Shown: in pieces, positions 1 through 10,505 of the stretch
Layout of the letters: every line of letters begins with the position of its first letter
Position numbering within the stretch: position 1 is the first letter of the stretch
IMG/VR virus record: IMGVR_UViG_3300030099_001508
Span: 2,646-66,645 of that record
Reading direction: 5' to 3' (one strand)
Length of the DNA: 64,000 nucleotides
Source of the DNA: a virus
Notes under the pieces: generated by a model
What the model was told of the DNA's origin: nothing
Databases searched by the model: none
What the model saw: the letters and a program-made list of their open reading frames with translations, nothing else
Made by a program: the position numbers and the translations under genes

Positions 1-1
1 T

Positions 2-1021
2 CGAAAGATATCACTCAACTCAGCTTATGGTGCGATTGGTAATCAATACTTTCGATACTATGACCTTGCGATTGCAGAAGGAATTACCACCGCTGGTCAA
101 TTGTCCATTCGTTGGATAGAAAAGAAGATAAATCAATATCTAAACAAATTACTGGAAACTACAAATGAAGATTTTGTCATTGCATCAGATACAGATTCGA
201 TATATGTTACTTTTGACAAGTTGGTTAATCGTGTGTTTAAAGAAGGAGAAGACGTACAGAAGATTGTCAACTTCTTGGACACTATTGCTCAAGAGAAGAT
301 TGAACCTTTTATTGATAAGAGTTATCAGACTCTTGCTACATATGTAAACGCATATGACCAAAAGATGTTTATGAAACGAGAAGTGATTGCAGACAAAGGT
401 ATCTGGACTGCAAAGAAAAGATATATCCTAAATGCATGGGATGTTGAAGGTGTTCGTTACCACGAACCACAGTTGAAGATTATGGGTATCGAAGCTGTCA
501 AGTCATCCACGCCTGCACCTTGTCGTGAAAAGATTAAACAAGCACTCAAGATTATCATGTCTGGTGATGAAAAAGAATTGAATGACTTTCTTATTGAGTT
601 TCGTAAAGAGTTTGAAGGTCTTCCACCAGAAGAGATTGCATATCCTCGTTCTGTCAATGGTGTTCGTAAGTTCTATTCAGATAGTTCAATATATCGCAAA
701 GGCACACCAATGCACATCAAGGGAAGTCTTGTTTACAATCATATGATTCGTGAACGCAAACTTACAAAAAAGTATACACTTATTCAAGATGGTGATAAAG
801 TCAAGTATCTTGAGTTGCGTCAGCCCAATCCACTTGGTTGTAATGTAATCACATTCCCATCTAGGTTACCAAAAGAACTTGACATTTTGAAGTATGTAGA
901 CTATGATAGTCAATATGAAAAGAGTTTCATTGACCCACTTTCATTTATTACTAACAATATCGGTTGGAAGATTGATAGGTCATTTGGAACACAAACTACA
1001 CTTGAGGACTTTTTTAATTGA
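2..1021 (+). CDS. gp43: T4-like family B DNA polymerase, C-terminal part (5' truncated by window)
   Basis: Frame open from base 2: RKISLNSAYG (motif B), ASDTDSIY (motif C), KKRY, C-terminal clamp-binding TLEDFF. Confidence 0.97.
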   Translation, partial: RKISLNSAYGAIGNQYFRYYDLAIAEGITTAGQLSIRWIEKKINQYLNKLLETTNEDFVIASDTDSIYVTFDKLVNRVFKEGEDVQKIVNFLDTIAQEKIEPFIDKSYQTLATYVNAYDQKMFMKREVIADKGIWTAKKRYILNAWDVEGVRYHEPQLKIMGIEAVKSSTPAPCREKIKQALKIIMSGDEKELNDFLIEFRKEFEGLPPEEIAYPRSVNGVRKFYSDSSIYRKGTPMHIKGSLVYNHMIRERKLTKKYTLIQDGDKVKYLELRQPNPLGCNVITFPSRLPKELDILKYVDYDSQYEKSFIDPLSFITNNIGWKIDRSFGTQTTLEDFFN

Positions 1022-2277
1022 ACCAAGAATTATATGACTTACTAAAAAAGTGTGTAGACCACACTGGTCTTCCAGTGATGCAAAAAGAATTATTTCTTAA
1101 TACTACAGACAAGTATGGTAAAGAAGAGTTTCGTAAGACACTTGCAGAGTTTATTACAAATGAGAAACCACCCTATCCACTTAAAGAATATAATATGGAA
1201 AAGGTGGTTGATAACTTTCGTAAGTTACAGAAAGCTGACTTTACCAAATATCTAAGTCAACCAGATAATGTTATGGAAAAGTATGACGATTACAAATATT
1301 CATATGATAAGTATGGATTGGGTGTAATTGATGGGCCTTCTACTTTTAATTACTGTGCAGACTCTTTCATGAATGACCTACGAATGTCTTGTGGTTCTTA
1401 TGGTTTTAAATCTCCAGTACAAAGATGGAATGATGGTGATAATATCTGGGGTGCGTTTGGGCCTATCTGGAGAGGTGTTAATGATAGTAAAAATCTAACA
1501 CCTAAAACTTATACAATGTCATTTAGACTTGGTACTTATATTGCAACACAGTTCAAACCTATTGTTGCGAAAACAATCTATAATATGACAGATGCAAAAA
1601 CTGTATTAGATACATCTATGGGTTGGGGTGATAGACTTACTGCGTTCTACGCTTCTAACGCAACTCACTATATCGGTTGTGACCCAAATCCTAATACTTT
1701 TGCAAGATACCAGAAGATGATTGACTTCTATGACAAACTTACTGGTGGTAAGAAAACTGTGCAGATGTATAATTGTGGTGCAGAAGATTTACCTTGGGAT
1801 GAAATTAGTAATGTAGATTGTGCATTTACTTCACCACCATATTTTTCTACAGAAAGATACAATGAAGGTGGTGACAAAGAAGAGCTGCAATCATGGTTCA
1901 AGTTTAATGAATATGAGTCTTGGAGAGATAACTTCTATCTTCCAGTATCACAAAACACTTTTGATTCACTAAGTGACACTGGTGTTATGATGATTAATAT
2001 TTTAGACCCAAAAGTAAAAGGTAAACGATATCGTTCTGGTGATGAACTTGTAGATATGTTACTTCCACATTTCATGGGCCAAGTTGGCATGAGAATAATG
2101 CAACGGCCACAGGGCGCTTCAGTATTCAAAGATGAAGATGGTAACTTTGATAAAGATGCCATGGATGAGTTTATGGACAGAACCTATATAGAGAATATAT
2201 GGTATTTCAGTAAAGATAAAAATAAAGATATCTTTAGACATATCAAAAGAAATACTCTTGAAGGATTTTTTACATGA
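1018..2277 (+). CDS. DNA amino-methyltransferase (N4mC/N6mA type)
   Basis: SAM-binding VLDTSMGWGDRL followed by catalytic FTSPPY; ends in TLEGFF like gp43. Confidence 0.8.
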   Translation: MNQELYDLLKKCVDHTGLPVMQKELFLNTTDKYGKEEFRKTLAEFITNEKPPYPLKEYNMEKVVDNFRKLQKADFTKYLSQPDNVMEKYDDYKYSYDKYGLGVIDGPSTFNYCADSFMNDLRMSCGSYGFKSPVQRWNDGDNIWGAFGPIWRGVNDSKNLTPKTYTMSFRLGTYIATQFKPIVAKTIYNMTDAKTVLDTSMGWGDRLTAFYASNATHYIGCDPNPNTFARYQKMIDFYDKLTGGKKTVQMYNCGAEDLPWDEISNVDCAFTSPPYFSTERYNEGGDKEELQSWFKFNEYESWRDNFYLPVSQNTFDSLSDTGVMMINILDPKVKGKRYRSGDELVDMLLPHFMGQVGMRIMQRPQGASVFKDEDGNFDKDAMDEFMDRTYIENIWYFSKDKNKDIFRHIKRNTLEGFFT

Positions 2278-2852
2278 AACTATTTGAAGACATAAAATAT
2301 ACAGATGAAGAATTACAACCAATTGTAAATTGGTGTGAAACAAACAAAGAATTTTCCCCAGTAGTAACTAAGTTTAATAAAGACAATCAATGGACTGCAA
2401 TCTCTCTTAGAGGTTATGGTGGTGATACAGCTCAGATTGGTAAGGGTGGTGTTTTAGGAACGGATGTAGATGATGGTTTACAAAACACAATATTATATGA
2501 TACACTGGAGATGGATAAAATATTAGATAAGATACCAGCAGAAAAAGAAAGAGTCAGATTGATGAAACTTGAAGCTGGTACTATTATCGCAAAACATACA
2601 GACAAAGTTGACAAGGATATTAAAACTGGTAAGATAGTAAGACTCCATGTTCCAGTGATTACACATGAAGAAGTTCAAATGACTTCATGGTTGCCTGGTG
2701 GTATTGCAGAATTCCATATGAAGAAAGGTTCTTGTTGGTGGTTAGATGTATCATTACCACATAAAGTTGTTAACAAATCTGATATAGATAGAGTGCATTT
2801 AGTTATTGACATCTATAATAATGATGATATAAAAGAAAAGTATTTCTCATGA
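2274..2852 (+). CDS. 2OG-Fe(II) dioxygenase, Asp/Asn beta-hydroxylase-like
   Basis: RVRLMKL...HTD...RLHVP...PHKVVN...RVHLVID pattern. Confidence 0.8.
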   Translation: MKLFEDIKYTDEELQPIVNWCETNKEFSPVVTKFNKDNQWTAISLRGYGGDTAQIGKGGVLGTDVDDGLQNTILYDTLEMDKILDKIPAEKERVRLMKLEAGTIIAKHTDKVDKDIKTGKIVRLHVPVITHEEVQMTSWLPGGIAEFHMKKGSCWWLDVSLPHKVVNKSDIDRVHLVIDIYNNDDIKEKYFS

Positions 2853-3289
2853 ATTATGCAACGATAGACAATTTTGATGAAGTATGGAATATATTTCAAA
2901 ACAACAAAGAATGGTTTCCTCATGTGAGGACTTCTCATGTTAGAAATAGATTGAGCTGGGGTCAAGTCATCTTACAAGATGGTGTTGTAATTACTCAACA
3001 ACAATATAAAAGAAATGGTAAGATTGGAAAAGACTCTGACGTAAAAATTGAAAAGGGTGATTATATAATTCATCAGATTATTAATTCAAATCCAAAGAAT
3101 GGAAATGCTAAAAAAGTTATTGAAGAATACTTTGACCATGTAAAAGAAAATGTTTTCTTAACTGTTCGTTCTGAAAACATACCAGCAAACAAATTCTACA
3201 AAAAAGTAGGTATGGAAGATGTTGGTGAGATTAAATGGTCAAAGGGAAAAATGTTAGGCCGTGTTTGGAAATATTCAAAAAAGACTTGA
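2849..3289 (+). CDS. GNAT-family acetyltransferase
   Basis: KNGNAKK acetyl-CoA loop, LTVRSENIPANKFYKKVGM motif. Confidence 0.8.
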   Translation: MNYATIDNFDEVWNIFQNNKEWFPHVRTSHVRNRLSWGQVILQDGVVITQQQYKRNGKIGKDSDVKIEKGDYIIHQIINSNPKNGNAKKVIEEYFDHVKENVFLTVRSENIPANKFYKKVGMEDVGEIKWSKGKMLGRVWKYSKKT

Positions 3290-3314
3290 CATTTAAAACT
3301 CACTAGTATATTAT
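3286..3314 (+). promoter_or_regulatory. sigma70-type promoter
   Basis: TTGACA-N17-TATTAT upstream of 3405. Confidence 0.7.
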
Positions 3315-3404
3315 GCTAGTATTAACCAAGTTTTTACATAACTCGTTTACGCCTTTAGCAAATTACGAGTATTGTATAAACATATAAATTAATAGGAGCT
3401 CGAA

Positions 3405-4805
3405 ATGAGTAAGAAAAAGAACTCGGCTGTACCGCCGTTCAAACCAATTCAATCACAACCACAATTAACACCACTGAAGAATCTTCTTGATATGAAGGAT
3501 AGTACTTACATTGATGAGTCATTTATGTCTGAAGGTAGATGGTCTGTAGAGGATGAGAAATCATATGTTCTTAATCTTTTAAGAGGATTGTGTATTACAC
3601 CATATATTATTGCTGATGCAAAAAGATGTTTAGAATACTGTAAGTCTATTTCAGATGAACAATCTATCAAATACTATGAAGAGGTCATACAGAAGAAAAA
3701 GAAAACTAAAATTACTTGTGATAGTAATAACAGACAAACAACTCTTAGAAAATTAAGAGATGGTGATATTCCTTTTCCAAAAGGAACATATACACTTAAT
3801 ACTGCGAATGGCCCTCATGTTTTGAATTTATCTGAGGATACTTACTATGATGATTTACCAGAGGAATCAAAACCATTTGTTGATGCAATCACACTATTAA
3901 AAATTACAATTACCGAAGCTACGAGAAAAAATCTTGCAGAAGTTTTTGATGCTGTTAATAGAGGTGTCACTCAAAATGCACAAGAGTTAAGACAATCTTG
4001 GTTTTCTAATTTTGCACAACCAATTAGAGATTTGGCTAGAAAGTATCATGATAAATTTCTAGAGTCTGGTCTTACAACTCAAAAAGAAATTAACAGAAGA
4101 ACGATTGATGAATTTCTTGTAGATTGTGTGCATTTTTATATTTCTGGAACAGAACTAAAATATAATAAAGGTGAGAGAGATAACTACTACAATGAAGATT
4201 CAAAAGGAACAAGTTCAGTTGGTCATGTAAAATCAATTTTACATAACATTTGGTTTGCACCAAAAACTGCACCATACAACATTACAAAAAGAACTATTTT
4301 TGTTAACTTTATGATGAGAACATTTTTGAGTAAAAATAACTATAAAATTGTAAATCATAAAAAATTTGATGAGTGGTTATATTCAGTTGATTTTAAATGG
4401 CAAGATAGTTGTCCACATAAACTAGTATTGGATACTGGTATTAGTTATGAGTATAAATCTGCTGGTAGATTTCATGTTGATTTTATTAAGTGGAACTTTG
4501 GTATTTGGTTAAATGAGTTAACAAAGTATATTGAAGAGGAACAAAATATTATTTCTCTTGATGATACTAGACTTGCAACTCCATATCAAAAATTAGAATT
4601 GTGGCATATCCAAGATGGTCTTTGTCCAGAAACTAAAACCAAAATTCCTTACAACGAAATATTGGACTCAACAAAGTGGCACGCTGACCATATTCTGGAA
4701 CACACAAATGGTGGGTTAACAGAACTTGATAATTTAAGATTGGTTTCAGCTACCTTTAACTTATCAAGACCAATGGGGGATATACCAATTACAATGGGAG
4801 ATTAA
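3405..4805 (+). CDS. GmrSD-like protein: DUF262/ParB-like N-domain plus C-terminal HNH nuclease
   Basis: RWS, CDSNNRQTTL (variant of DGQQRLTT), VFDAVNRG (FxxxN), HADHILEHTNGG...DNLRLVSATFN (HNH). Confidence 0.75.
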   Translation: MSKKKNSAVPPFKPIQSQPQLTPLKNLLDMKDSTYIDESFMSEGRWSVEDEKSYVLNLLRGLCITPYIIADAKRCLEYCKSISDEQSIKYYEEVIQKKKKTKITCDSNNRQTTLRKLRDGDIPFPKGTYTLNTANGPHVLNLSEDTYYDDLPEESKPFVDAITLLKITITEATRKNLAEVFDAVNRGVTQNAQELRQSWFSNFAQPIRDLARKYHDKFLESGLTTQKEINRRTIDEFLVDCVHFYISGTELKYNKGERDNYYNEDSKGTSSVGHVKSILHNIWFAPKTAPYNITKRTIFVNFMMRTFLSKNNYKIVNHKKFDEWLYSVDFKWQDSCPHKLVLDTGISYEYKSAGRFHVDFIKWNFGIWLNELTKYIEEEQNIISLDDTRLATPYQKLELWHIQDGLCPETKTKIPYNEILDSTKWHADHILEHTNGGLTELDNLRLVSATFNLSRPMGDIPITMGD

Positions 4806-4867
4806 TCTCCCATTTAACTTGACTTTTGTAAATAAATAATGTATATTACACAAAATAGGAGATACAA

Positions 4868-5272
4868 ATGGATGATGATTTATTAAAAGATTATCAAGAA
4901 TTTGTTGATGAAGTATCCAGTGATGCAACCAAGAACATTGATGATTTTGGTGATGCAATAGATATTATAGATGAAGGTGGTGTAGAACCAACAAGGTTAC
5001 TTACTGCATCTATTGGTTTATCTGGTGAAGTCGGTGAATTCAACGACATAGTAAAGAAGTGTTTTTTCCAAGGAAAAGAAATGGATGAGGATGTTGTCAC
5101 TCATCTCAAATCAGAGCTTGGAGATGTAATGTGGTATATTGCACAAGGATGTATTGCATTAGGAACTGATATTGAAGAACTAATTGATATTAATACTGCG
5201 AAACTCAAAGACCGATATCCAGGCGGTTTTGATGAGTTTCGTTCTGACAACAGAGATGAGGATGATATTTAA
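4868..5272 (+). CDS. mazG: MazG-like nucleotide pyrophosphohydrolase
   Basis: GLSGEVGE...[10 protein letters not shown]...KLKDRYP. Confidence 0.9.
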   Translation: MDDDLLKDYQEFVDEVSSDATKNIDDFGDAIDIIDEGGVEPTRLLTASIGLSGEVGEFNDIVKKCFFQGKEMDEDVVTHLKSELGDVMWYIAQGCIALGTDIEELIDINTAKLKDRYPGGFDEFRSDNRDEDDI

Positions 5273-6312
5273 TGGACTTTTTGAAAGATATTGCAAAACA
5301 AGCTGGTAATGAATATGCGAGTTTGGTTGCAGATGGTGTAGAAGCTGGTGATGTAGATTCTTTTATTGATACTGGTTCTTACATTTTTAATGCACTTTTG
5401 TCTGGTAGTATTCATGGTGGTTTGCCATCAAATAAGATTACTGCAATCGCTGGTGAAAGTGCAACTGGTAAGACGTTTTTTGTTATGGGTATGTGTAAAA
5501 ACTTTCTAGATGCAAATCCAGACGCTGGTGTTATTTACTTTGAATCAGAAAGTGCAATTACTAAACAGATGGTAATTGATAGGGGTATTGACCCTCAAAG
5601 AATGGTTATGTTTCCAGTGACTACTGTACAAGAGTTTAGAACACAATCACTAAAAGTTCTAGACAAATATCTAGAACAGAATGAGGCAGATAGGAAACCT
5701 ATTTTACTTTGTCTTGATTCACTTGGTATGTTGTCTACTACAAAAGAAGTAGAAGATACTGCTGATGGTAAAGAGACAAGAGATATGACACGAGCACAAG
5801 TATTAAAGGCAGCTTTTAGAGTGTTGACTTTGAAACTTGGTCGTGCAAAAGTTCCTATGGTTGTTACTAATCACACTTATGATGTTGTGGGTTCTATGTT
5901 CCCAACAAAAGAAATGGGTGGTGGTTCTGGTTTGAAGTATGCAGCTTCAACAATCGTATATCTTTCAAAGAAGAAAGAAAAAGATGGAACTGAGGTAATT
6001 GGTAATATCGTACACTGCAAAAATCATAAGTCAAGAATTACCGTAGAAAATAAAATGGTGGATGTTCGTTTGACCTATGATAAAGGTTTAGATAAATATT
6101 ATGGATTACTTGACTTAGCACTAAAATATGGTATATTTAAAAATGTATCAACTCGTATTGAATTACCAGACGGTTCTAAAACATTCGGTAAGACAATTAA
6201 TAATAACCCAGAAAAATACTTTACTGAGGATATTATGAAACAATTAGATGAATGTGCAGAGAAAGAATTTAAGTATGGGAATCAAGAAGAAGTATCAGTT
6301 CGTACAGAATAA
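5272..6312 (+). CDS. uvsX: RecA-like recombinase UvsX
   Basis: Walker [23 protein letters not shown]. Confidence 0.95.
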   Translation: MDFLKDIAKQAGNEYASLVADGVEAGDVDSFIDTGSYIFNALLSGSIHGGLPSNKITAIAGESATGKTFFVMGMCKNFLDANPDAGVIYFESESAITKQMVIDRGIDPQRMVMFPVTTVQEFRTQSLKVLDKYLEQNEADRKPILLCLDSLGMLSTTKEVEDTADGKETRDMTRAQVLKAAFRVLTLKLGRAKVPMVVTNHTYDVVGSMFPTKEMGGGSGLKYAASTIVYLSKKKEKDGTEVIGNIVHCKNHKSRITVENKMVDVRLTYDKGLDKYYGLLDLALKYGIFKNVSTRIELPDGSKTFGKTINNNPEKYFTEDIMKQLDECAEKEFKYGNQEEVSVRTE

Positions 6313-6574
6313 AGGTGCTAAATGGCAAGGTATCGGACTTACTAAAGAAGCTGGTTTTTATCAAGGTGTAGTTTATCGTTATGGAAAAGTTACACCGATT
6401 GAAGAAAAAGACCGACTAAGACTAAAGTTTGATTGGCAGATATTAGACTCCAATGGGTTAGGAAAAGAACATTTTAATGATGACTTTTTTAACTTGATTG
6501 GAGACATACTTTATGATATTATGGATGAACAAATGAAAGATGGAAGTTTACAATATGTCAACACAGACAATTGA
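6275..6574 (+). CDS. gp40: gp40-like head vertex assembly chaperone
   Basis: Synteny uvsX-gp40-gp41; [11 protein letters not shown]...IGDIL pattern. Confidence 0.55.
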   Translation: MGIKKKYQFVQNKGAKWQGIGLTKEAGFYQGVVYRYGKVTPIEEKDRLRLKFDWQILDSNGLGKEHFNDDFFNLIGDILYDIMDEQMKDGSLQYVNTDN

Positions 6575-7958
6575 GAGAACAACTCTCACACACTTAATAC
6601 ACAATGAAAATTACTGTAGAAAAGTAATACCGTTTATTAAACCTTTATATTATGCAAACCGACAAGAAAGAGTAGTATTTGAAGAGATTGAAAAGTTTCT
6701 AGAGAAATATAATTCTCTACCTACAAAAGAAACTCTTACTATCGGTGTTGATAATCGTAAAGATATCAATGATGAAGAGTACAAAAAGATTGTGGATATC
6801 ATTAGTTCACTTGATAAAACAGAAGTGGACTTACAGTGGCTTCATGATGAAACAGAAAAATTCTGTAAGGACAAAGCAATATATAATGCAGTTCTTGATG
6901 GGATAAGTATTATTGATGGGAAAGATAAGAATAGAACTCCAGAAGCAATTCCTTCTATTCTTACAGAGGCATTACAAGTATCCTTTGACCTATCAGTAGG
7001 ACATGACTATGTTGAAGATGGTTTAGATAGATATGATTTCTATCATAAAAAAGAAGAAAAGATACCATTTGATTTAGATTACTTCAACAAGATTACGAAA
7101 GGTGGTTTACCACAAAAGACACTAAATATTGCACTTGCTGGAACTGGAGTTGGTAAGTCTTTGTTCATGTGTCACATGGCTGCATCTACACTTATGCAAG
7201 GTAAGAATGTTCTGTATATCACATTAGAGATGGCAGAAGAACGAATTGCAGAACGTATTGATGCAAACTTAATGAATGTAACTATGGATGACTTACACTC
7301 ACTTCCTAAGAAGATGTTTGAAAGTTATCTTACAAAGATAAATAAAAAGACAAATGGAAAGTTGATTGTCAAAGAATATCCAACTGCATCGGCTCATGTT
7401 GGAAACTTTAGAAGTCTGATTAAAGAACTTGCACTCAAACGTAGTTTCAAACCAGACATTATTTTTATTGACTATCTGAATATATGTGCGTCTTCAAGGT
7501 TTAGAGGAAATGCAAATGTTGGTTCATACTTTTATATCAAAGCGATTGCAGAAGAACTTAGAGGACTTGCCGTTGAAACAAACGTACCGATTATGTCGGC
7601 GACACAAACAACTAGAGGGGGGTTTGTCTCAAGCGACATTGGTTTGGAAGATACGTCAGAGAGTTTTGGTCTACCAGCTACGGCTGACCTTATGTTTGCT
7701 CTCATTTCTACAGAGGAACTTGAAGACCTCAACCAAATCTGTGTAAAACAGTTAAAGAATCGTTATAATGACCCTACTATGAATAAAAGATTTATATTAG
7801 GTATTGACAGAGCGAAAATGAGACTGTATGATGTTGAACAAGAAGCACAAAAGGACTTAGTAGATTCTGGACAAGAAAATGAAGAGCCTGTATTTGACAA
7901 CACTCCATTTGCTGGAAAGACTAGCAAATATGAGAAATTTTCGGACATCAAGGTCTAA
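6555..7958 (+). CDS. gp41: DnaB-like replicative helicase
   Basis: AGTGVGKS, ITLEMAEE, IFIDYLN, SATQTTR, KQLKNRY. Confidence 0.96.
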   Translation: MSTQTIERTTLTHLIHNENYCRKVIPFIKPLYYANRQERVVFEEIEKFLEKYNSLPTKETLTIGVDNRKDINDEEYKKIVDIISSLDKTEVDLQWLHDETEKFCKDKAIYNAVLDGISIIDGKDKNRTPEAIPSILTEALQVSFDLSVGHDYVEDGLDRYDFYHKKEEKIPFDLDYFNKITKGGLPQKTLNIALAGTGVGKSLFMCHMAASTLMQGKNVLYITLEMAEERIAERIDANLMNVTMDDLHSLPKKMFESYLTKINKKTNGKLIVKEYPTASAHVGNFRSLIKELALKRSFKPDIIFIDYLNICASSRFRGNANVGSYFYIKAIAEELRGLAVETNVPIMSATQTTRGGFVSSDIGLEDTSESFGLPATADLMFALISTEELEDLNQICVKQLKNRYNDPTMNKRFILGIDRAKMRLYDVEQEAQKDLVDSGQENEEPVFDNTPFAGKTSKYEKFSDIKV

Positions 7959-8139
7959 GGTAAAGTATTACCATGACATTAATATAGAATCTAAAAAGTG
8001 GGAAGTAATCGAACTTCCCTCTAGAAAGATTATTAGAGAATATGATTTTGAGGATGATGCAAAAGATTCTGCAAAATGGATGACAGAGCATAAACCATTT
8101 GGTGACTTTGGGTTTCCAAATTTCCTAACGCATAAATAA
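7930..8139 (+). CDS. hypothetical protein
   Basis: Fills the gap after gp41; start uncertain. Confidence 0.5.
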   Translation: MRNFRTSRSKVKYYHDINIESKKWEVIELPSRKIIREYDFEDDAKDSAKWMTEHKPFGDFGFPNFLTHK

Positions 8140-8163
8140 TACTATTATAAATGGAGTATTTGG

Positions 8164-9264
8164 ATGTTAAGGTTTAAAGGTTATCTACAAGAAGCTTACA
8201 GTTTCTTTCCAAAATCAGAAGAAGAAATTTCATCTACACTTTCAGATTGGTCACACGATAGTGTTGCTGATACTATTGCTCTTTTCAATTATCTAAAAGG
8301 AAAGGGTGATGAGACTCCAATTAATATAGACCTCAAAAAACAAAAAGATGTAAATGTTTCCAGAACATTTAAAGCTATTGAAGATATATCTTCAATTAAA
8401 CAAGGTGCTGGTCTTAAAACAATCCGAATAAAATATGGTAACGGTTCAAAAGGTAATCGTGGAGCTAACAATAGAGGTAATGCATTTGAAACTGCGTTTG
8501 CAAATGATTTAAATGCTTGGTTTGCAGAGGGCGTTGATGCAGTATCAGACAAAGAAAATTTGAAAGCAATTTTACATCTTGATAAAACTTATAAGTTAAG
8601 TGAATCTAAGACATTAACAGTAAATGTTGTTGGTGGAGAAAATACAAAAAGACCTTTAGAATTTGGTGGTACAATTACTGTTTCAAATACAAAAGGAACT
8701 GGAACTGATATTGGTCAAAGTGTAACAGACATTACCCTTATTAAAGATGATGGTACAGAGATTTATCTTAGTTTAAAATTTGAAACAACAACGACATTCT
8801 TTAATGTTGGTGTTAGAACTAAACTTACACCTACAGAAATTAAAGAGGGTAAAATAAGAAACGCAGATGGAATAAAACTACTTGATTTATTTGGAATTGA
8901 TAATGAAAGGTTTTGTTCCATATTCAATGATGATGTGAAAACACAAAGTGGAAAAGTTACAACTAAACCAAATCCAATGATGATGAAGGCTCTTCTAGAA
9001 AGTGGTATAGGTCATGGTTATCATGTTATTCACAAAATGAAAAGAAATGTATTTTCTAAAAAGATGGATTTACCAGCTATGATTGCTTCTGCAAAAGTTG
9101 GTAGATGTACAGTATTTTATGGTGGTAAAACTGGCAGAGGAAAAAGGATTGACATGGAAATGTCTTCCAAGTATTATAGATTTAAAATTAATATAAGAGA
9201 TACACAAGGAAAAGATGGTTATCCCACACGAATGATGTGTGATTTTACCACTTTAAAATTCTAA
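8164..9264 (+). CDS. hypothetical protein, possible PD-(D/E)xK-like nuclease with capsid-targeting-like leader
   Basis: GNAFE...VTDITL...YLSLK resembles a restriction-fold core; N-term MLRFKGYLQE; CATAAATA late promoter at 8131. Confidence 0.5.
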   Translation: MLRFKGYLQEAYSFFPKSEEEISSTLSDWSHDSVADTIALFNYLKGKGDETPINIDLKKQKDVNVSRTFKAIEDISSIKQGAGLKTIRIKYGNGSKGNRGANNRGNAFETAFANDLNAWFAEGVDAVSDKENLKAILHLDKTYKLSESKTLTVNVVGGENTKRPLEFGGTITVSNTKGTGTDIGQSVTDITLIKDDGTEIYLSLKFETTTTFFNVGVRTKLTPTEIKEGKIRNADGIKLLDLFGIDNERFCSIFNDDVKTQSGKVTTKPNPMMMKALLESGIGHGYHVIHKMKRNVFSKKMDLPAMIASAKVGRCTVFYGGKTGRGKRIDMEMSSKYYRFKINIRDTQGKDGYPTRMMCDFTTLKF

Positions 9265-10505
9265 TGATAAATCTATTAGAGGGAAAAGAAGGTAAGAACC
9301 TACACTTAGAACATATCGAAGATGAGATATTGAACTTTGGTGTGCCTGGGGGTAGGGCTGCAATTAACTTTGTTCGTTCTCTAAGAGATATGCTTGCTGG
9401 AGAAGCAAGGTCTTCAGTCAACATGACAGTCAAGTGGGATGGTGCGCCTGCGATATTTGCTGGTGAAGACCCAAGTGATGGTAAGTTCTTTGTTGCAAAG
9501 AAATCAGTATTCAATGAAAAACCATTATTGTATAAAAGTGTCAAAGAGATACAAGATGCAGCTGAATTAAGTGGTACTTTAAAATCAAAGTTTACAACAT
9601 CATTCACAGAGTTTTCTAAACTTGGTATTAAAGGTGTTCTTCAAGGTGACTTGATGTTCACCTCTGAAGATAAAGGTAAAGAAAAGATTGATGGTAAATC
9701 ATTTATAACATTTCAACCTAATACAATTGTATATGCAGTAGACCCTACATCTGACATTGGTAAAAGTATCAGTAGTGCAAAAGTTGGTGTTGTATGGCAC
9801 ACAACGTATAAAGGTTCTACATTACAAGATATGAAAGCATCATTTGGTGCAGATATATCTAAACTTACAAAATCAACTTCAGTATGGATGGATGATGCAA
9901 CTTATAAAGATGTATCTGGTCGTGCAACTATGACTGCAAAAGAAACTGCTGTGGTTACTTCACATCTATCAAATACTGGTAAAACATTTCAAAGAATTAA
10001 CGCACCTTCACTCAAGAAGTTTTTGAGGTTACAAGATTCACTTACTGGTAAGTTAGTCGGTGCAAGTTATAAGACATATAACAATACCAAGGTTCGTGCT
10101 GGTCAAGCTGTTACAGACCCAAAAGGACACGCAAATGGTTATATTACTCATGTAGAAAATCACTTTCAAAAAGAGATTGAAAAACTAAAGACCCAGAAGT
10201 CTAAGGATGTTCTGGAAACAAAGAAGACAGAGTATTTAAGAGAATTTAAAAAGATGTTACCTAATCTGCAACAAGTGACTGCATTTCAAATGCATCTTGT
10301 TAATGCAAAGATGGAAATTGTAAAGAAACTAAATAGTGTTAAAGGTTTAACAGATACCTTTATCAAGACTAGTAATGGATTTAAAGTGGTTAACCCAGAG
10401 GGTTATGTTGCAATTGATAGGGTGTCTGGTGACGCTGTGAAGTTAGTAGATAGAATGGAATTTAGTTTCAATAACTTTACTGCAATAAAGGCATGGGATA
10501 AATGA
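9264..10505 (+). CDS. conserved marine T4-like protein with RNA-ligase/nucleotidyltransferase motifs
   Basis: TVKWDGAP (I, KxDG), LQGDLMF (III), PEGYV (IV), AVKLV (V). Confidence 0.65.
   Translation: MINLLEGKEGKNLHLEHIEDEILNFGVPGGRAAINFVRSLRDMLAGEARSSVNMTVKWDGAPAIFAGEDPSDGKFFVAKKSVFNEKPLLYKSVKEIQDAAELSGTLKSKFTTSFTEFSKLGIKGVLQGDLMFTSEDKGKEKIDGKSFITFQPNTIVYAVDPTSDIGKSISSAKVGVVWHTTYKGSTLQDMKASFGADISKLTKSTSVWMDDATYKDVSGRATMTAKETAVVTSHLSNTGKTFQRINAPSLKKFLRLQDSLTGKLVGASYKTYNNTKVRAGQAVTDPKGHANGYITHVENHFQKEIEKLKTQKSKDVLETKKTEYLREFKKMLPNLQQVTAFQMHLVNAKMEIVKKLNSVKGLTDTFIKTSNGFKVVNPEGYVAIDRVSGDAVKLVDRMEFSFNNFTAIKAWDK

Noticed and set aside
3405-4805. Homing HNH endonuclease or mobile element
   Set aside because: The HNH is C-terminal to a large DUF262-like domain, an architecture of restriction-type proteins rather than homing enzymes
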